The notes below the pieces were generated by a model, which was given only the letters and a program-made list of their open reading frames with translations, did no database searches and had not been told where the DNA came from. This document shows, one piece after another, positions 1 to 15,301 of a DNA stretch of 64,000 nt. The stretch comes from Paramecium tetraurelia (lineage: Eukaryota), in NCBI GenBank assembly GCA_000165425.1, contig CT868540.1, positions 434,001 through 498,000 of the forward strand, written 5' to 3'. The position numbers and the translations under genes are program-made. Positions within the stretch are counted from its first letter, which is position 1; each line of letters starts with the position of its first letter.

Positions 1-1324
1 AAATTGCCGATTATGTTGACTATTTCATGCCATTTTAAAAATTATTTGTTTCCTATTCTCTTATAAGAATACTCTATTAAGGAGTTTAAACTTATTAAGT
101 ACCAACAAATTAAGTGAATTAGAATTATTAGCTAACGTCGAAATTTTAAGGTTGATTGATTTAACTTTATTGCAATTCAAAGTAGGTCTCATTTTAATAT
201 GGAATTGAACTTTATTAGACTTATTTTTCATCTTTCATTGAATATTATGGTTTAATATTTGAAGGCTGCTTTTGATGTAATTAGCTATTTTCTTTTTGAG
301 GCGAGGTCTATTGATTCGTAAAATAACCAACTACTTATTGTTATTGCTATTCTGGTGGAACAAATCTTATATAACTCTACTTTTGATATAATAAATCGGA
401 TTGTTCTGGTTTCTCAAATTAAAATGCAGAAACTTCAATATTTTATGATTTTTAAGTATTTCTAAAAGGTTCAAGTTGCTTAATTTAATCAAATGAAGCA
501 TTTTATGATTTTGATTTTTACCTGTCTCCTTCAATTCTACTTTGCTTGCTTGATGATTTATCAATGTCAAAGGGCTTGGTAATTTTGAATGAATTTTATA
601 GAGATAATTATGAATCTTATTCAGTGAAATAATTTTTTAATTTAGAATTATTAAATGAGCCAACTGGCATCAAGTCTCTTTAAAGCAATTGTTTAGAAAG
701 TGGCGATTAACTTCTTTATTTTTATTAGAATATGGGTTCCTTGGATTTATTTGATCGATTTGATAATTAAGGTGATAACTCTCTCACTTCGCTTGATAAA
801 ATTGATTTAGTATTTATAATTTATTAAGATTGCTGTGAAGGTTAATGACGATATTAAGCTTATACTAGTTTCTATGGTAGTTATAAAAATTAGGATTTAA
901 TATCCTTTTCAATCTCTACTATTTGCTCAAAAAATTGTTCTAAATACTCTCTATCTTTTAATTAATCTCTTTGAACTAATTCAATAATTTTTGATTGATA
1001 TTATTGATGACTCATTTTCTCTTGCTTCAACTGTTTAATTATTTCTTTTTTTCTCTTTTCATCTATAAAATTTACATCTATTTATAATGATGAAATCTTG
1101 TCATGAAAGTATTATTTCATTTATTCTAATTTTTACAATATTTATGCTTAATACTCCATATTTAAGTATTTTGTGTAATCATCCAAATATGCTTCTAAAT
1201 TTTTAATCGTATGAATTTTATGATTATCAACACACATGTCACATAAGGGTCCTTTCTTTATGCAATCCTATTGAAGACAGACCTATGTAAATATAGACTA
1301 ATGCAGTTAGCAATAGTATTACAT
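1..1324 (-). CDS. B-box-like zinc finger / coiled-coil protein, 3' end outside window
   Basis: Code-6 translation from ATG at 1324: MQYYCQLHQSIFTQVCLQQDCIKKGPLCDMCVDNHKIH (C-x2-H...C-x4-C...C-x2-C...H-x2-H). A charged/Q-rich frame is still open at base 1. Confidence 0.65.
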
Positions 1325-1559
1325 ATTTGAACAAAATTTTCAACTTTTTAATAATAAGAAAGATTAACAATTATGAACTGTTTCATGGAAGTTCAAATCT
1401 CTTAGAGGTTCAATTTAACTTTCTAATTTATTTCAAAATTAGGACAAGTATTTACTTCAACACTTTGTATTAATTAAATAGTACAACTTAAATGCACCAT
1501 CATATTTAATTGGTATTATACTTAACTATACACTGAAATCATCTTTTAATCAATAAATT

Positions 1560-2211
1560 ATGTATTCAGAAAGAAAAGTGAAATTAACTCTTCATTTGCC
1601 TTAATTGGAACAAGGTGTCAAATTTGAATCAGAAGCCTAAACAACAACATCACAATCAAGTATATTTTTTGTATTAAGAAAAGGAATTCTTTCAACCAAC
1701 AAAGGTCATTAAACTGAAAAGAGATTACACAAACACACAGGTACTTAAATAAACAGTCCTAACCAACTCCATCTTTATACTCCAAAATAAGAGAGTTTGA
1801 GAGCCAAAAGACTTAAAAACATCCCTTATGAGTTATAATATTTCATTCCTAATCTCCCTAACAAAAACTTTAAATCTAGCCATCTAATGAACAGAAAATT
1901 ATTAGAAATACCCAAATGTACACTCTACAACAAAGATAAATGGCAATTGAATGCTCATAAAACTAGAATGAATAATGCATTTAGTCTAGGTTAAAGTAGA
2001 AGAATGGAAAACTATAATCTAAAAACAGAATAACAGGAAGAACACAATCAAATTCGAAGGTAGAACATAAACTATGTAAAAAAAGAAAAAATATAAGTAA
2101 TAAATAAAATATTGTTAGAGACTCAACAAATAAAGAATTGACACTCAAAAATTAATTGATCAATTTGCTTCTTAATTTAATTCAAGTGTGAAAATAGATC
2201 ATTTAGTATGA
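1560..2211 (+). CDS. hypothetical protein
   Basis: MYSERKVKLTLHLPQLEQG... with short GTA...AG introns (e.g. 2097-2118), ending ...KIDHLV-TGA. Confidence 0.6.
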
Positions 2212-3447
2212 ATCCTTTGAAACTTATATAAACAGAATCTTTTATAATTTTAAATTTTTATTGTCTTTCCTCAATCTCTTCTTGTTTTTTTAAAAGGATT
2301 TAAACATTCAAATTTAATTTAAAATATTTATGTTATTAATCAATTATTGCAACTTAGAATTGTTTCTCTTGAATCGTCTATAAGTAAAAATCTTAAAAAT
2401 GCTATAAAATTGGGAATTATGAGGAAGTTACACTCTCCTTAAAAATGATAAATAAAATAAAAATTTGCTATAGTGTAGACTGGTCTTTAAATTAGAATAA
2501 ATCTCTGTTTTTTGTGGTTTGCATAGTTTGACATCGTGTTTGTAAACCTTTCTTAATAATAACTTTCAATCAATTAAATGCAGAATTCAAAAAACACCAT
2601 TGTAATCATATTCCTAATATAAATCTTTGAAATTACTATTTCTTTTTGTTTTCTTCTTTCTTCATCTAACTTAATATATGGGAAAGAGAAAAAATTTGGT
2701 TATTAGTATCAAAAAATGACCATCTCATTATTTTTTATCTCTTCGCTTTTAAGATATTGAGTGTTCAATTAAATAGATTTATATCTAAATATTTATTGAA
2801 GCAAGAGTCTCAGATCTAGTAATATATTAAGAATTAACAGATATATTTAAAATTTACTTCAGGAATTTGACTTTGAAAATGAAAGATATTAATTTGAACT
2901 TTGATTTTAAGAATATTAAGAGATCTTAAATTGCCAATGTAAAGCACAGATTCCAGAAGAATAATATCAATATTAAAAAGTGTAGTAGTTAAATATCAGT
3001 AAACTGATGATTAAAAATACTTAATAAACTGAGCCATTTAAATAATTTATAGACAAGTAGAGAGAATAAGAAACAAAAAGTGTGAAGTTTGAAAGGAGTT
3101 TACACTTTCAAAATCAATGTTTAAGTATTATGGTTGTATTTAATTCTAATAAATTAATTTGTGGTTGATTTATTGTAATTTTCTTATTTATTTATATAAT
3201 TTTATGGAATTAGACTATGATTTTTAAATTTTCATTATACAAAATATAATTTATTTAAATTCGACAACTAAGCTATCATGCATGGATGATCTTTCTTATG
3301 ATGATAGCAGTTAATATTGATAATATAATAAGATTCATAGGTTTTTTAGAGTTTGTTAAATTAGTAAAATACGGATTTGATTATTGATTCTGTTAATTCA
3401 CTTTATGGTAAAAATTATCGTTTTTAAAGGAAAACATTAAATATTAA

Positions 3448-4770
3448 ATGAAATAAGTTTACTTTATTTCCATTTTGGTCTTGTCAACCTATTGTGCTTC
3501 ATTTTTGGAGGAGCAACCAGGAATGCAGAATAAAATTTATTCAATTAAATTGGAGCGAACTCAATCTTAGGCTAGAAAATCGTTTTTCGATTTCATAACA
3601 ACAGGATAGCATTTTAGATCTAAGAGTGATATAATGGATGACATTGCATTGACATAAACAACACAGAAGGAGAGCATAAAATTATATAATTTTAAAAATA
3701 CTTAATATACTGGTGAAATTAGTTTTGGAGGATAAGAAAATAAATTTAAAGTAGAATTTATTACTAAAATAGGTTATATTTGATACTGGATCAGCTAATA
3801 TTTGGTTGAATTCAGCTAGATGTCACGATTATGGTTGCAAGAATCATAAACAATACGATGGCTAAAAGAGTTTGACTTATGAGCATTTAGGTTATGATTT
3901 GGATGTTGAATTTGGTACTGGTGAATTGATGGGAGAGGTATAAAAGATAAATAAATTAAAAGATCAATGCAGATACTGCCTATGTCGGAAATGTTAAGAT
4001 TAGAAAACAAGAGTTCGCAGAAATAGTTAGGGAAAATGGAGATGTATTTGCTTAATCTGATTTTGATGGTATAGTCGGTTTAGCATATCCAACAATGGCT
4101 GCCTATCATTTTAATCCATTATTTGATAATATCATGCAATAAAAATTGTTGGATAGGAATGTGTTTTCATTCTACTTTTCAAGATAAGAGAACTCTAGAA
4201 CCTCAGAACTAACATTGGGAGGATGGAATTAAGATCATTTTGAAGGTGAATTGCATTTTCATAATGTGGCAAATAAGTATTACTGGCTATTGGAGGCTAA
4301 TAACATTTTGGTAAATGGAAAGGATGTTGGATTATGTAAAGGAGGTTGCAGTGTCATAGCAGACACTGGCACATCTCTGATTACAGGTCCATCTGATGAT
4401 TTATATGATTTGATTGATACTCTTAATATAGATGATAATTGCAAGAATCTTAAAGAATTACCAACCTTAACATTTGTGTTGGATGGAATTCATTATGATC
4501 TTGATGCACATGATTATGTAATGAAGATAGATTCATATGGAAATGAAGTAAATATGTTTATAATATAATTAGATTGCATATGGATCTTTTGCATCTACAG
4601 ATAGCTTCTTGGAAATGGGTGCAGGTTGTGAATGTATAGGAACATTTATGCCCTTAGACATTCCTTTCCCTCAAGGGCCAGCTTGGATTTTGGGTGACAC
4701 TTTCTTAAGCAAATATTATTCTGTTTATGATAGAGATAACGATAGGGTTGGCTTTGCTAGATCAAAATGA
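3448..4770 (+). CDS. pepsin-family (A1) aspartic protease, cathepsin D-like, with signal peptide
   Basis: Both catalytic motifs ([22 protein letters not shown]), plus FDGIVGLAY and WILGDTFL. Three introns of 22-25 nt. Confidence 0.95.
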
Positions 4771-5319
4771 TCATAACTTTGTAATCAAAAGTCATTCATT
4801 ATTTTTTCTTAATAAAAATTATAAATGTGTAATTTATGGTTGCAGCAAATAAAGGAGTTATTCTAATTAAACAAAATATCAAAAATCAATGAAATCATTT
4901 CCAATCCAAATTTCTAAACATAGAAACATCAACATAGTTGTTAGTCTTATTTAAATATTAATGTCTGGTTAAAAAGTTGTGAAATGCGAGATAGATCTTC
5001 AATTTTTTTAGTATAAATTGTTTATTAATCTTTGATTTTATAAAACCATTATGAATCTCAACATTCTGAATTGAAATTGAAATAACCAAAATTTTAAGAA
5101 TTATTTTGCTTTTAAATTAAAAGTAGGAATTTTAGTAAGCAAATCATTAAATAAAATAAAAGATTTATTACTTATTTTATCTTTCAAGTTGTAATTAGAA
5201 TGTTTCAGTTAGAGTAATCATTAGGATTTAATAATATTGAGGATTTTATCAATTTTTATTAATCCTCTAAAACAATAAATTTTGGTTTTATTATATAAAA
5301 AAAAGTAAATAACAATAAA

Positions 5320-6907
5320 ATGGACAAAAAAGGAAACTTTGAGAGGTTAAGAAATAAATTGAAAGTCAATTTATTCAGGAATGAGAATTAATAATAATAG
5401 AATGATTAAGAAATTATTAATCAATGCCCATAAATATTGGAATATGTTCATTCTTCAAGTTAAAGCGAATTTAAAGAGAATAACCCCAAAATAATTGATT
5501 ATTTGTCAAACAAGAAACAATTTGAATAGATGAAGCAATCATTCAAAAATATCTATCAAATTGGAAAAATTCTGGGTGAAGGAGCTCATGCAGTTGTACG
5601 TTAATGTTGGCAAATAACTAACCCAGACGAAACATATGCTGTCAAAATTTCAAGAAATGCAGATCCAGAAATAACTGAAATTATGAAATAAACATTCCTT
5701 AACACCGTGGCTTTAAATCACCCATATATTTGTAAAACCAATATGCTTTACATTGACCCAAATATGGAATGCTCTTATCTAGTGATGGAGTATTTGCCAT
5801 ATCCAAGTCTCTAACATATATTAAAGGAAAGACAGACTTTGGATTTGAATGAAGCCTGTTTAATCGTGAGATAATTATTTGAGGCTGTGTAATACATTCA
5901 TAAAGTTGGATTATGTCATCGAGACATCAAACCAGATAACATTGTTTTTGATAATGACACCAACACCATTAAGTTAATTGATTTTGGTGTTTCAAAAAGA
6001 TTCCTTGTGGCAGAAAAGAATTTCAAAGACATCAAAAATAACCTCATGTGGACAGTAACTGGAACTATGCCCTATCAAGCTCCTGAATTGTGGGTAGGTG
6101 CTGGCTATTCCTAGAAGATTGATGTCTGGGCTATTGGAGTTGTTTGTTATCAAATGCTATGTGGCAAATTACCTATAGATTAAGAAAATCAAATGGAAAG
6201 TTTTTCAACTTAATCAGAATACATCAGCCATTTTCAATAACCGGAATTTCTTAAATTACCCCCTTTAGTCATTGACTTTATCAAAAGAATATTGAAGTGG
6301 AATCCAGACCAAAGATTGACTTCAGCTTGTAATCATATTTTATAAAAAATTAGAGGCTTTACTTCATCCCTGGCTTTATCAACCTAAAATTTTCTCTCAG
6401 GATCAAAAAATGAGATCATAAGATGACATCGTTCTAGGGTTAAGTGAGAAACCACTTTTGGGTATTTTAAGGTCTATGTAAGCAAATATGAAAATATTAC
6501 AATAATCTGTTTCTAATTCTAATGAATAATTTATTGATAAAAGAGATCTAACTAAAACTCATGGATAAATCATTATTGCTTATAAAGAAACCAGTTAACA
6601 AATCAGGGACAAATCGATTCACTTTTAATAATCAATCCATTCAATTAATCTTACCAAATGTACTACTAAGTTGGGTACAGATGAAGTCAAAGACCTTTTT
6701 GATGTTATCAATTTCTGTGACAGCAACTCCTCATTCGAGGCTTTAGAAGAAAAACAATAATTATCAGCTCAATAATAAAAATCAGCTTAGCAGCAGTAGT
6801 AACAAAAATTATGCTTTTCCTAAAGACTAGGTGTAATTAAAGAGGAACCAGAGACTCCATAGAATAATTAACTCAAGAAATTAAATGATGAAATCGATGA
6901 GATTTGA
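5320..6907 (+). CDS. Ser/Thr protein kinase (CAMK-like)
   Basis: LGEGAHAVV, YAVK, HRDIKPDN, LIDFG, GTMPYQAPE, DVWAIG. One intron near 6329-6353. Confidence 0.93.
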
Positions 6908-6942
6908 TTCATTATATATTTATATATCGTTATATAATAGTT

Positions 6943-7287
6943 ATGACAAAAGCAAAAATTAATTATAAAGTCATAACTGATTCTAAAAAAAAGATATACT
7001 CTTCCCTTAATTGTTGTTTTACTGAGTTAATTCAATATAATGCTATAGAAAAATAGTATTGCCATTTGACGAAAATTGATATTGAAGTCCAAATTGGTTT
7101 TATTATCTATTCAATGTTCTTTAAAAATTTTGATTTGATAAACCAGATAAAATTCATTTTTATAGAATTAGATCTAAATGATGCTTACAAATCTTAAATT
7201 TTAGAAAGCCAAGATATTATTGATGAAGAAATAAAAATAAAAAGGCACAGCCGTAATATCATATAAGTTTAATAATAATTGGATTGA
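6943..7287 (+). CDS. possible short hypothetical protein (114 aa)
   Basis: ATG-to-TGA ORF in code 6 with no recognisable motif. Could be chance because only one stop codon exists. Confidence 0.3.
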
Positions 7288-7350
7288 TTGCAATAAACAT
7301 TAGCTTAAATGATTAACAAATATATATTTCAAATTTAATATCATGGATTT

Positions 7351-9237
7351 TCAATTTTTTTAATTTTATAAGCTAATCTTTTCTCTCATTTTATTTCTTG
7401 GAGAGCTTATTTAAGTTTAGTCATTAAATTAACCTTTAAACTTGCTTAATGGTTTTTAATCAGTTTCTTTGCTCGTTATTGGATTTTTATTATTATTTTT
7501 TTATCTTTTATTGTTTTAAGGATCTGTTGGAAAATTTTGGTTATTTGAAATATAATCAAAATTAATTTTATCCTATTGATTGTTAAAAGATTCAAGTTAT
7601 TCAATTTTAGAATTATCCTTCAAATCTCTTTAGTATTCATTTATTTAATCATGTTTACGAATTTAAGAATTATATTTAGCATTATTTAAATTATATTAAG
7701 TTCCACTACTGTCCTATTCTTCTTTTATTGTATGCAAATTTATTTAGTTACAATAATCTTATTTGAATTCCTCGTTATTTAAATTAGAAAAGTCACTATT
7801 ATATTTCTAATTTTATTTAAAAATTGTTCTTTGTTTTTACTATTCGAATAAGGATATTTAGTTCATACTGATTGTATTTTTACTTGCTCCAACTATTTCT
7901 TCTAAGAAATTTTCATCAATTTCACTATCTTCTTCATCTTCTTTCTTACCCATTAATTCTTCCAATGCACCCTTAATATCCTTTAGAGCTAATTCATCCA
8001 GGCTTTCTACTGGATTATATTTTCTTTCAGGTCCTTTATAACCATCTTATTCACCGTAACCAGCAAAGTTATGATCTCCATATATGAAGTTATTCAATTA
8101 ACTCATATTTAATCTTGAACTTGGTTCACCCATTTACCCAATCCTGCTTAAGTTTTCCATGGATTATATAATATTGGTTTTCTCTCTTTTTTTATTTTAA
8201 ATCAAAATTAATGGAGCAGAGATCACAAGATTATCAACTTTATAAAAAAGGAATTTGTCAAAAATTACATTCACTGTTAAAATATATTAATAACTTATTC
8301 GTTTGGTTTTTATTGTACTTTATGGAAAAAAAGAAGTTTAATTAGCTTCATTACCAATGGGCAAAATTAAATTGAGGCTGATCTATTTATTTTAATGCGA
8401 TTTAATTTGTTCTAAAATAAAATAACTAAAAATACCATTTATTTCTAATTTAAAAATTTCAAAATAATTTGACAATTTTCTTTTTTATTCCTTATACAAC
8501 ACTACTAATTAGGATGAAATTCTTATTTCAAATTTTTATATGCCAATATTTGACTACATATTATCTACTGATAAAATCAAGGGGATATTATCTCCAAAAA
8601 TATTTTATATTTTCTAAAGCTAAATTTTTATTTTTGTTTTCTAAATTTTATAGATGGCTTTACTTCTGTTGAAAAGCACAATCTTTTGTGCGCCTTTGAG
8701 ATTCTCTCTATTTCTATTGGAATTTAATTAATAATAGGCAATTTTTCTAATACATGAACTACGACTCTATGTTTTTTTGGTACTTTATATTAAAGTTGTC
8801 CATCTTAATTCTATAAATTGATGGTGAGAAAATAAAGAACTCTACATTGAACCGTTTTATAATAATTAATTGTAAAACTTGGGTACAAAGATGGCACTTC
8901 TAACTCAAAATATTTTTTGCAGGCAATCATAGGCATTTTCCTAATAATCAGCATAATTTTACTTTCCGAAATCAGTGATTTTTTTTAATTTTTTATATAT
9001 GAATTATTTAAAACTAAAGAATTAGTTATATGAGTCTAATTAATTGACTTTCTCTTAACAACAAAGCTATATAAGCTCGATAAGCATTCTTACCTTTAAA
9101 TACATGAGACCTGCATCAATGTCGTTTGTTTTGATTTTCATATATATCACACCTTTTATAATCTCCCCAGGATAATAGGCAGGCTTATCGATTTTAATTG
9201 AAATTTAGGCTTAGCTAGGAGTTAGAGTGTATATCAT
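7351..9237 (-). CDS. arrestin-domain protein with acidic/low-complexity C-terminal tail
   Basis: IDKPAYYPGEIIKGVI, FELEVPSLYPSF, FGDNIPLILSVDN, ISYQYILTVNV. Four introns of 22-27 nt restore one continuous frame to TGA at 7351. Confidence 0.85.
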
Positions 9238-9866
9238 GTTTTAATAAAATAATTATTAAATCAATTAATCTTACTTTATGATTTATAATGAATTTTTATA
9301 TTTAATATTCCAATGTATTTATTTTTAATTAAACTTGTCAATTTCAGTGTTAATGTAACCTTAATAACATTTGTAAAACTTAATTTATCATTCCATCATA
9401 GGACTAAATTAAAATTCCTCCTTTCATGTTGTGAATTTCAATCAGGGCTAATAATAACGTATTCTAATTTACAACAATAATAATACAATTTATTTCATAT
9501 TTTCAAAATAATTAACTGCTTTTCTTTTAAACATTAAATTGCAACTAAATAAAAGTATTAAACTATAATTTAAATCACCATATAACATGGTTTTAATTGA
9601 AAAGCAGCCTAACACTAAATTGCTTTTTATTTATTTTATTAATATTATAGAAATACATTCTGGTAAAATTTCATTTTTTTCTTCTTCCGAACTCTGTTCC
9701 TTAAGAAAAGTAATAATTTTCTATGGTTAATGATTAAAAATTAATTAATAATAATCAATTTTTTTATTATTAAATTAATATAACATAACATATAAATTCA
9801 AGTTATCAGTATTAAAACTTAAACTACCAAAATTGAATAAATCATATCAATCAAGAGTTAAGATAA

Positions 9867-11486
9867 TCAATATTAATTAGAAATTAAAGAATCAAGATAA
9901 TTTGTATGATATTATCCAACTAATTGAATTTATCCTATATATTTATTTATAATTTAATTCAAATTTAATAGGAGGTCATATGAATTTACTAAATTCTTCT
10001 ATGGACTGGAAATGTCTGATATCTTTGATGTGAAGTTGATTATCTGAAAAATAAAGCAATTTAATCAATCTTAAATAGTAAAATCATTTACTTTTTGAAA
10101 AATTCGCATAATTAGTCAACTGAATTTTATGAATCAGGATAATTTTTTTTTTGATATTCTGTTAAATCATATTCAACAATATACAAACTTTTTTCTAGAT
10201 TAAGAGGTTTGGAAAAGATAATTATCTGAATAAAAAAGTCAAATTATAAAATGATAACTTTGAATCTTTAAGCTCGAATTAATCTAAAAAATCATAAAAT
10301 GTTATTACATATAAGTTTAATATAGAACCTAATCCAGCCTAACATGCGAAGGAAGTTAATCCTTTTCTTTTTAGTAATTTTCATTGCTTGATTGATTTTG
10401 TTTCAAATCTGCTTTCTCTACTTTAACTTACACTTAATTTATTTTGTGTTTAGCTATTTCAAATGCTTATTTATCAACTTCAGGTTTGATTTAAGGTTAA
10501 GGGTTTTCATTCTTTTTCTTTCTTGCTTCAATTCTTGGATTCAATTTTTACATTAGATTGCAGAGAAATTAAAATTGTTCTTAACAAAATTTCTATTGAT
10601 CTTGCATACTCATTGATTAAAACACTTCCCCATAATAATTATATGTTATAGCAAGCAAATGAATCATCCTTTCTTTTTAAATTTCCCTTGGCTGTGATAA
10701 TAATTATTCTTCATTCTAATTAAATAGAATTCTAAGTTTATTAGAAATATATACTCAACTAAATTCAGCATAAATTTATAGTTTATACAAACTTCAACAG
10801 TCTCATATTGTGGTGATGACAATTATTCAAATATTAGTAATGCCTTCGTTATAAATTATTTTGCATCTTATTTATCTCCTTTATTCAATAAAACAAAACC
10901 CAAGTTCTCCAATAACACTCCCATCTAAAATTAAGAAACATTAGTCTCTAACACATAACTTCTAGCTGCCAATGCTCTCATTAAATAACATTCAGCCTCT
11001 CTAATTTTTTTCCTCCTCATCAAGATTACTCCAATATTATTTAGTGTCTATATAGTATACTTGAGAAGATAGTAATAGAAATCGATGTCTTCTACTTTCG
11101 GGTAAACTTAAACTTCAGTTGGTAACTTGAGAATCATCAATTTTTCATTTGATGAAACTGTTTAATTGATATCTAATAAATAAAGCTATTATAAAGAAGA
11201 ATCATACCATAACTTTAGAATATTCAGTTAGCAAATCTGGCTCTTAATTGAAATTCTTTAGTGCTTTTATTAAGACTTTTTCTAATTTTTTGTAAATATA
11301 ATAAGACACTTTATAGTCATTGTTGCTGATAGCTATAAAGGTTTATTAATATCGTGCTTCAATGTAATTTTTTACAATCCCTTTAATTTCTACTAATCGG
11401 TAGCCATCTGCAAATTTATCAAGCACAAAATCGGTTTCATCATCTATTGAATTTTTATCAAACTCATTTTGTTCTTTTTATGTCAT
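9867..11486 (-). CDS. TPR-like helical repeat protein
   Basis: MTQKEQNEFDK...; TLNNIGVILMRRKKIREAECYLMRAL is a TPR consensus. Several short introns (e.g. 11186-11207). The 3' end depends on intron calls. Confidence 0.7.
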
Positions 11487-12013
11487 TTTTAAATAAAAAT
11501 TATAATTCACTTTAATATTAGATGACAGGGAAAAGAAATATTAATAAATGTATCATCACATATAAATTGCAGATAGATTGGAAAATATTATTAAAAAACG
11601 ATCCAAATTTTATAATTGGTGATTCATCTCATTTCCAAACAAGCCTTCATTATGAATATAAAATTTTTGAGTAAAGGATCATAATTTTATTAACGCTGTA
11701 TTAGAAAACATAATATCAAATCATCGTGAAGTAATATAAAAGAAGAATGAATGAATGATTTTGAAAAGTTTAGGAAGAAGAATTAATTAATAAAGAATTA
11801 TCATTAGTTAATCGATAAGCAAAGACACAAGGAACCATAAATTAATTATATTAGGAAAATATAGACTCAGAACTATAAATTGATCTTAATGTTGAGATCT
11901 ATTTAAGAAAAGAATTCATTAGGGTAAATTTTAGAGAAAACAAAATAAAGAATTTATGAGCTAACTATTTTCTTCAATGTGAATATTACTATTTATATAC
12001 TTAAATTTATTTA

Positions 12014-12955
12014 TCATACAATCCCGAAAGGATTATTAATTAATCGAACTTCAAGGTTATCACATTCAGTATAGATACTATAGTAGGATTCATTGAATTC
12101 ATATACTGATTTACCACAATTAAATATGTTGAACTTCAATTTATCATAAACATTCAAAATAATATTATCTGCTTTGATAAATCCTTAATTCTGCTAATTT
12201 GTTATTCCTAATTCTACATTTTTAGATTAATTGATATAAAATAATCCAGACAATGATTTGATGAAAAATGACTCAGCTTTTAAACTACATTTCAATCTTC
12301 CTGAGAATGTTCCTATATTAAAGTTTTTAGCCTATGATTATATGGAAAAATGATTATTCTATTCAATGTTTTCTAAAAATTAGAATTTTTGTATAATTGG
12401 ATAATTCTTTTGTAGATTTTGAACGTATCCTGCTTAGATTTTACATTCTCCATTCTCTTAATGTAAATTTGCTACTTTTGATATTAGTAACTTTTTAATA
12501 GTGACATTATTTTTAATAAATAATTCTCCAAATTATGTTTCTAATGCAGAATTTACTTACAAGCTATTAGCTTTGATTCTACAGATTTCTGATTTAATCT
12601 TTTGGGATAAGAAATCACCAGTCAAATCAATATCAATATTTCCATATAGTTTTGCATCTATACCAGCTGATATATGTTAAAGATCCCCATTAATTATTCC
12701 ATTGTAATTATAGTATTCAGGCATATTGATTTTGATTTGATATTTTCCATTATCATCATTAGAAATCTGACTTTAATCTTTTTCCTCATCAAACAAAAAG
12801 CCAGTTTCAGGTTCACAATAGTATTCACAATTATCTTCCCAATGAGTTTATAAAGTTACTTTATGTTAACCATTCAATAATTTAAAACTCACTGTACCTG
12901 CTTGCCCATATAGAGATTTGAAAGTAGAAAATTTATATAAAATATTTTTTATCAT
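12014..12955 (-). CDS. hypothetical beta-strand-repeat protein (DUF4097/FAM185A-like?), possible mitochondrial presequence
   Basis: Intronless 313-aa ORF. The N-terminus MIKNILYKFSTFKSL is basic and acid-free, followed by alternating I/G beta-like repeats. Family call is tentative. Confidence 0.7.
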
Positions 12956-13409
12956 TAATAATTTTAATAGGAGTAAATTATCATGTAGGTTGTTTAATAA
13001 AGTTTATAAACAGCTTTTGAATAAATTTTATTAGATCATTTATCATGATAATTAGTATGTTAAATGCAGAGATAAAATATTAAAAGACAGAGAATTAAAT
13101 AAGTTGAATATTTCATATCTATGTCTTTAAAGGTAGAATAGTTAATAACTCAATTATTATATATTAATTCAACCTAAATCTAAGAGAAATTAATATTATT
13201 AAAACGGAATAATTCTATTTTAATTCATATCATAATGGGATAATAACATGAAACAAATTTAAAATATATTTCAGAACATATTCTGCAAATAATGAATTAA
13301 TAATTAATATATCTGTATAAATTAAGGATTTAAATTTCTTAAATATACATCCTCTTACTTTAAAATTTTTAATAAATATATGCATTTTGAATATAAATAT
13401 GTAAATAAA

Positions 13410-15162
13410 TCAATGTTCTCCAAATTTTACATATCTTCCTTCACTTACTAAATAATACCCACCAGCCACTTATAGCTCAATTTCATTTGTATATTTTTCT
13501 ATTCTTTTCATATCCTAATCATTTTTTATTGAAAACAAATCATTATCAAGACTACCTCTGCCAACAAGGCTTGAAAAATTGGATAAAGCTTAAGAAACAG
13601 ATGCTTACCTCTAATATGCAAGTCTTGTTTTGAAAGTGCGAGTTCTGTTTATCAAAGGAGTTTAATTGTCAAATTACATCTCATTATTAATTTGATCCTA
13701 TTATATGGGAATTGTAATTGATTTTCCTGATTACACGGAAGTCTGCATTCGAATCTGAGCAAAATTAGACTTCTATATTTAATCATTCTAATCTGAATTT
13801 AACTAAGGAACTCTATCTCTTAATTCTGATTCATTAATACTATTGTCCAATTATTTTACCTGTTTTGATTTCCAATAGGTCGCTAATACTATGTAGAATA
13901 ATCCGCAAAATCCAACAATAGAGAGAAGAATCATTCCCCAACGAGATGTAGATCCTCCAGTCTATTATTATACAAAACCATAAAGAACTGGTGCTGGCAA
14001 ATATCCTAAAAGTTCTTAAAATAAATGACTCAATGAATTTCCACTCGATCTTTATTCTCTTGGGATTGAAGTGATCATAATGCCCATGATTGCTGGAACA
14101 GCACTTCCACCAAAGAAGAGTAAAAACCATAGGAAAAGCAATACAAATGCTCCATTATTTAGAATCGGAATGAATGCTCCTGATACGCTTGCTAAAAGGG
14201 CTTCAAAAGCTGCTATTTAGATGGCCATCTATCCATCATAGCCTCCAAAATTATGTAGGATTAATCCTCCCAAATATACTCCACTGAGAGGTGCAGTTAA
14301 TGATATTATTAAAAATGATTTAAACACAACTTCATGAGGCATTAAAAATACATTCCTAAGGTAATCTGTTATCCAAAATTAGACTCCTGTTACAACAAAA
14401 AATAAAGAACTTAATGATAACATTGAAAACACAAAAATAGGGTTAGACAAAAAGGTTTTTAAATTTTGCATAAAGATAGTCTTAAAATTCTCCTTTTTTA
14501 CATTTGTTTATTCCTAATCTTATGTGGATAACTTTGCTTCATCACAGAAACTATAACACAAAAAACAGGGTATTAGTAATAGTATTTACAAATAATAAGG
14601 GTAGACCCACTAAATAATCTAAATTGATATTACATTCTATGAAAAGTGAAGTGATAATGAAGTAACTAAATATCCAGATACAGTTCCTAAAGCCACTCCC
14701 AATTACATGTATGTCAACCACAAAGTCTTATTATTTTCACCGAATAAGTCTATCCAAACAGGGAAAAAAACAACTAAAAACACCAAATAAATTAATATTG
14801 CATACTTAAAAGAATCCTGTTAAAAATCTAGATAAAAATAGAAGAAATAAATTTTTGGTTAGAATAAATAAAGATAAACTTAGGATGCAACATAATACAC
14901 TTATGGTTACTATGTGCTTAGTCTTAAATTTGTCAAATATCCCAGTCCCAATAAATGAACCTATTACAAGTCCTCCATATACTGATGATCCCATCATACC
15001 TAACTAAGATTAGATTTGAATTTAAACTCTTACCTAAACGTCGTCTATGCCCAAATCTAATTTCATATCAGTTGTGCATGCAGGAATTATTCCATGATCG
15101 AAATTTATCAGAGCATTCGTCACGAAATTTAACAGATATAATGATAAATTGTTTTTTTCCAT
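13410..15162 (-). CDS. MFS transporter, Spinster-like
   Basis: NALINFDHGIIPAC, LGMMGSSVYGG, LSRFLTG, ELLGYLPAPVLYG. Many TM segments and a long hydrophilic tail. Confidence 0.9.
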
Positions 15163-15301
15163 TTTTTTAATTAAAAATTTTCTTCATTCTTTATTTACAA
15201 GGAATCACTTATCTTTAATTGCTTTACTTCATCGATGCATTTAATAGATTTCACAATATATTATAGTACATATGTACTTATTTATATGAATATCAATCAA
15301 T

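Noticed and set aside
7351..9237. Arrestin gene as a frameshifted pseudogene plus a separate ORF at 7351-8160
   Set aside because: Four 22-27 nt introns remove every apparent break, and the frame runs into the downstream ORF, giving one intact gene.
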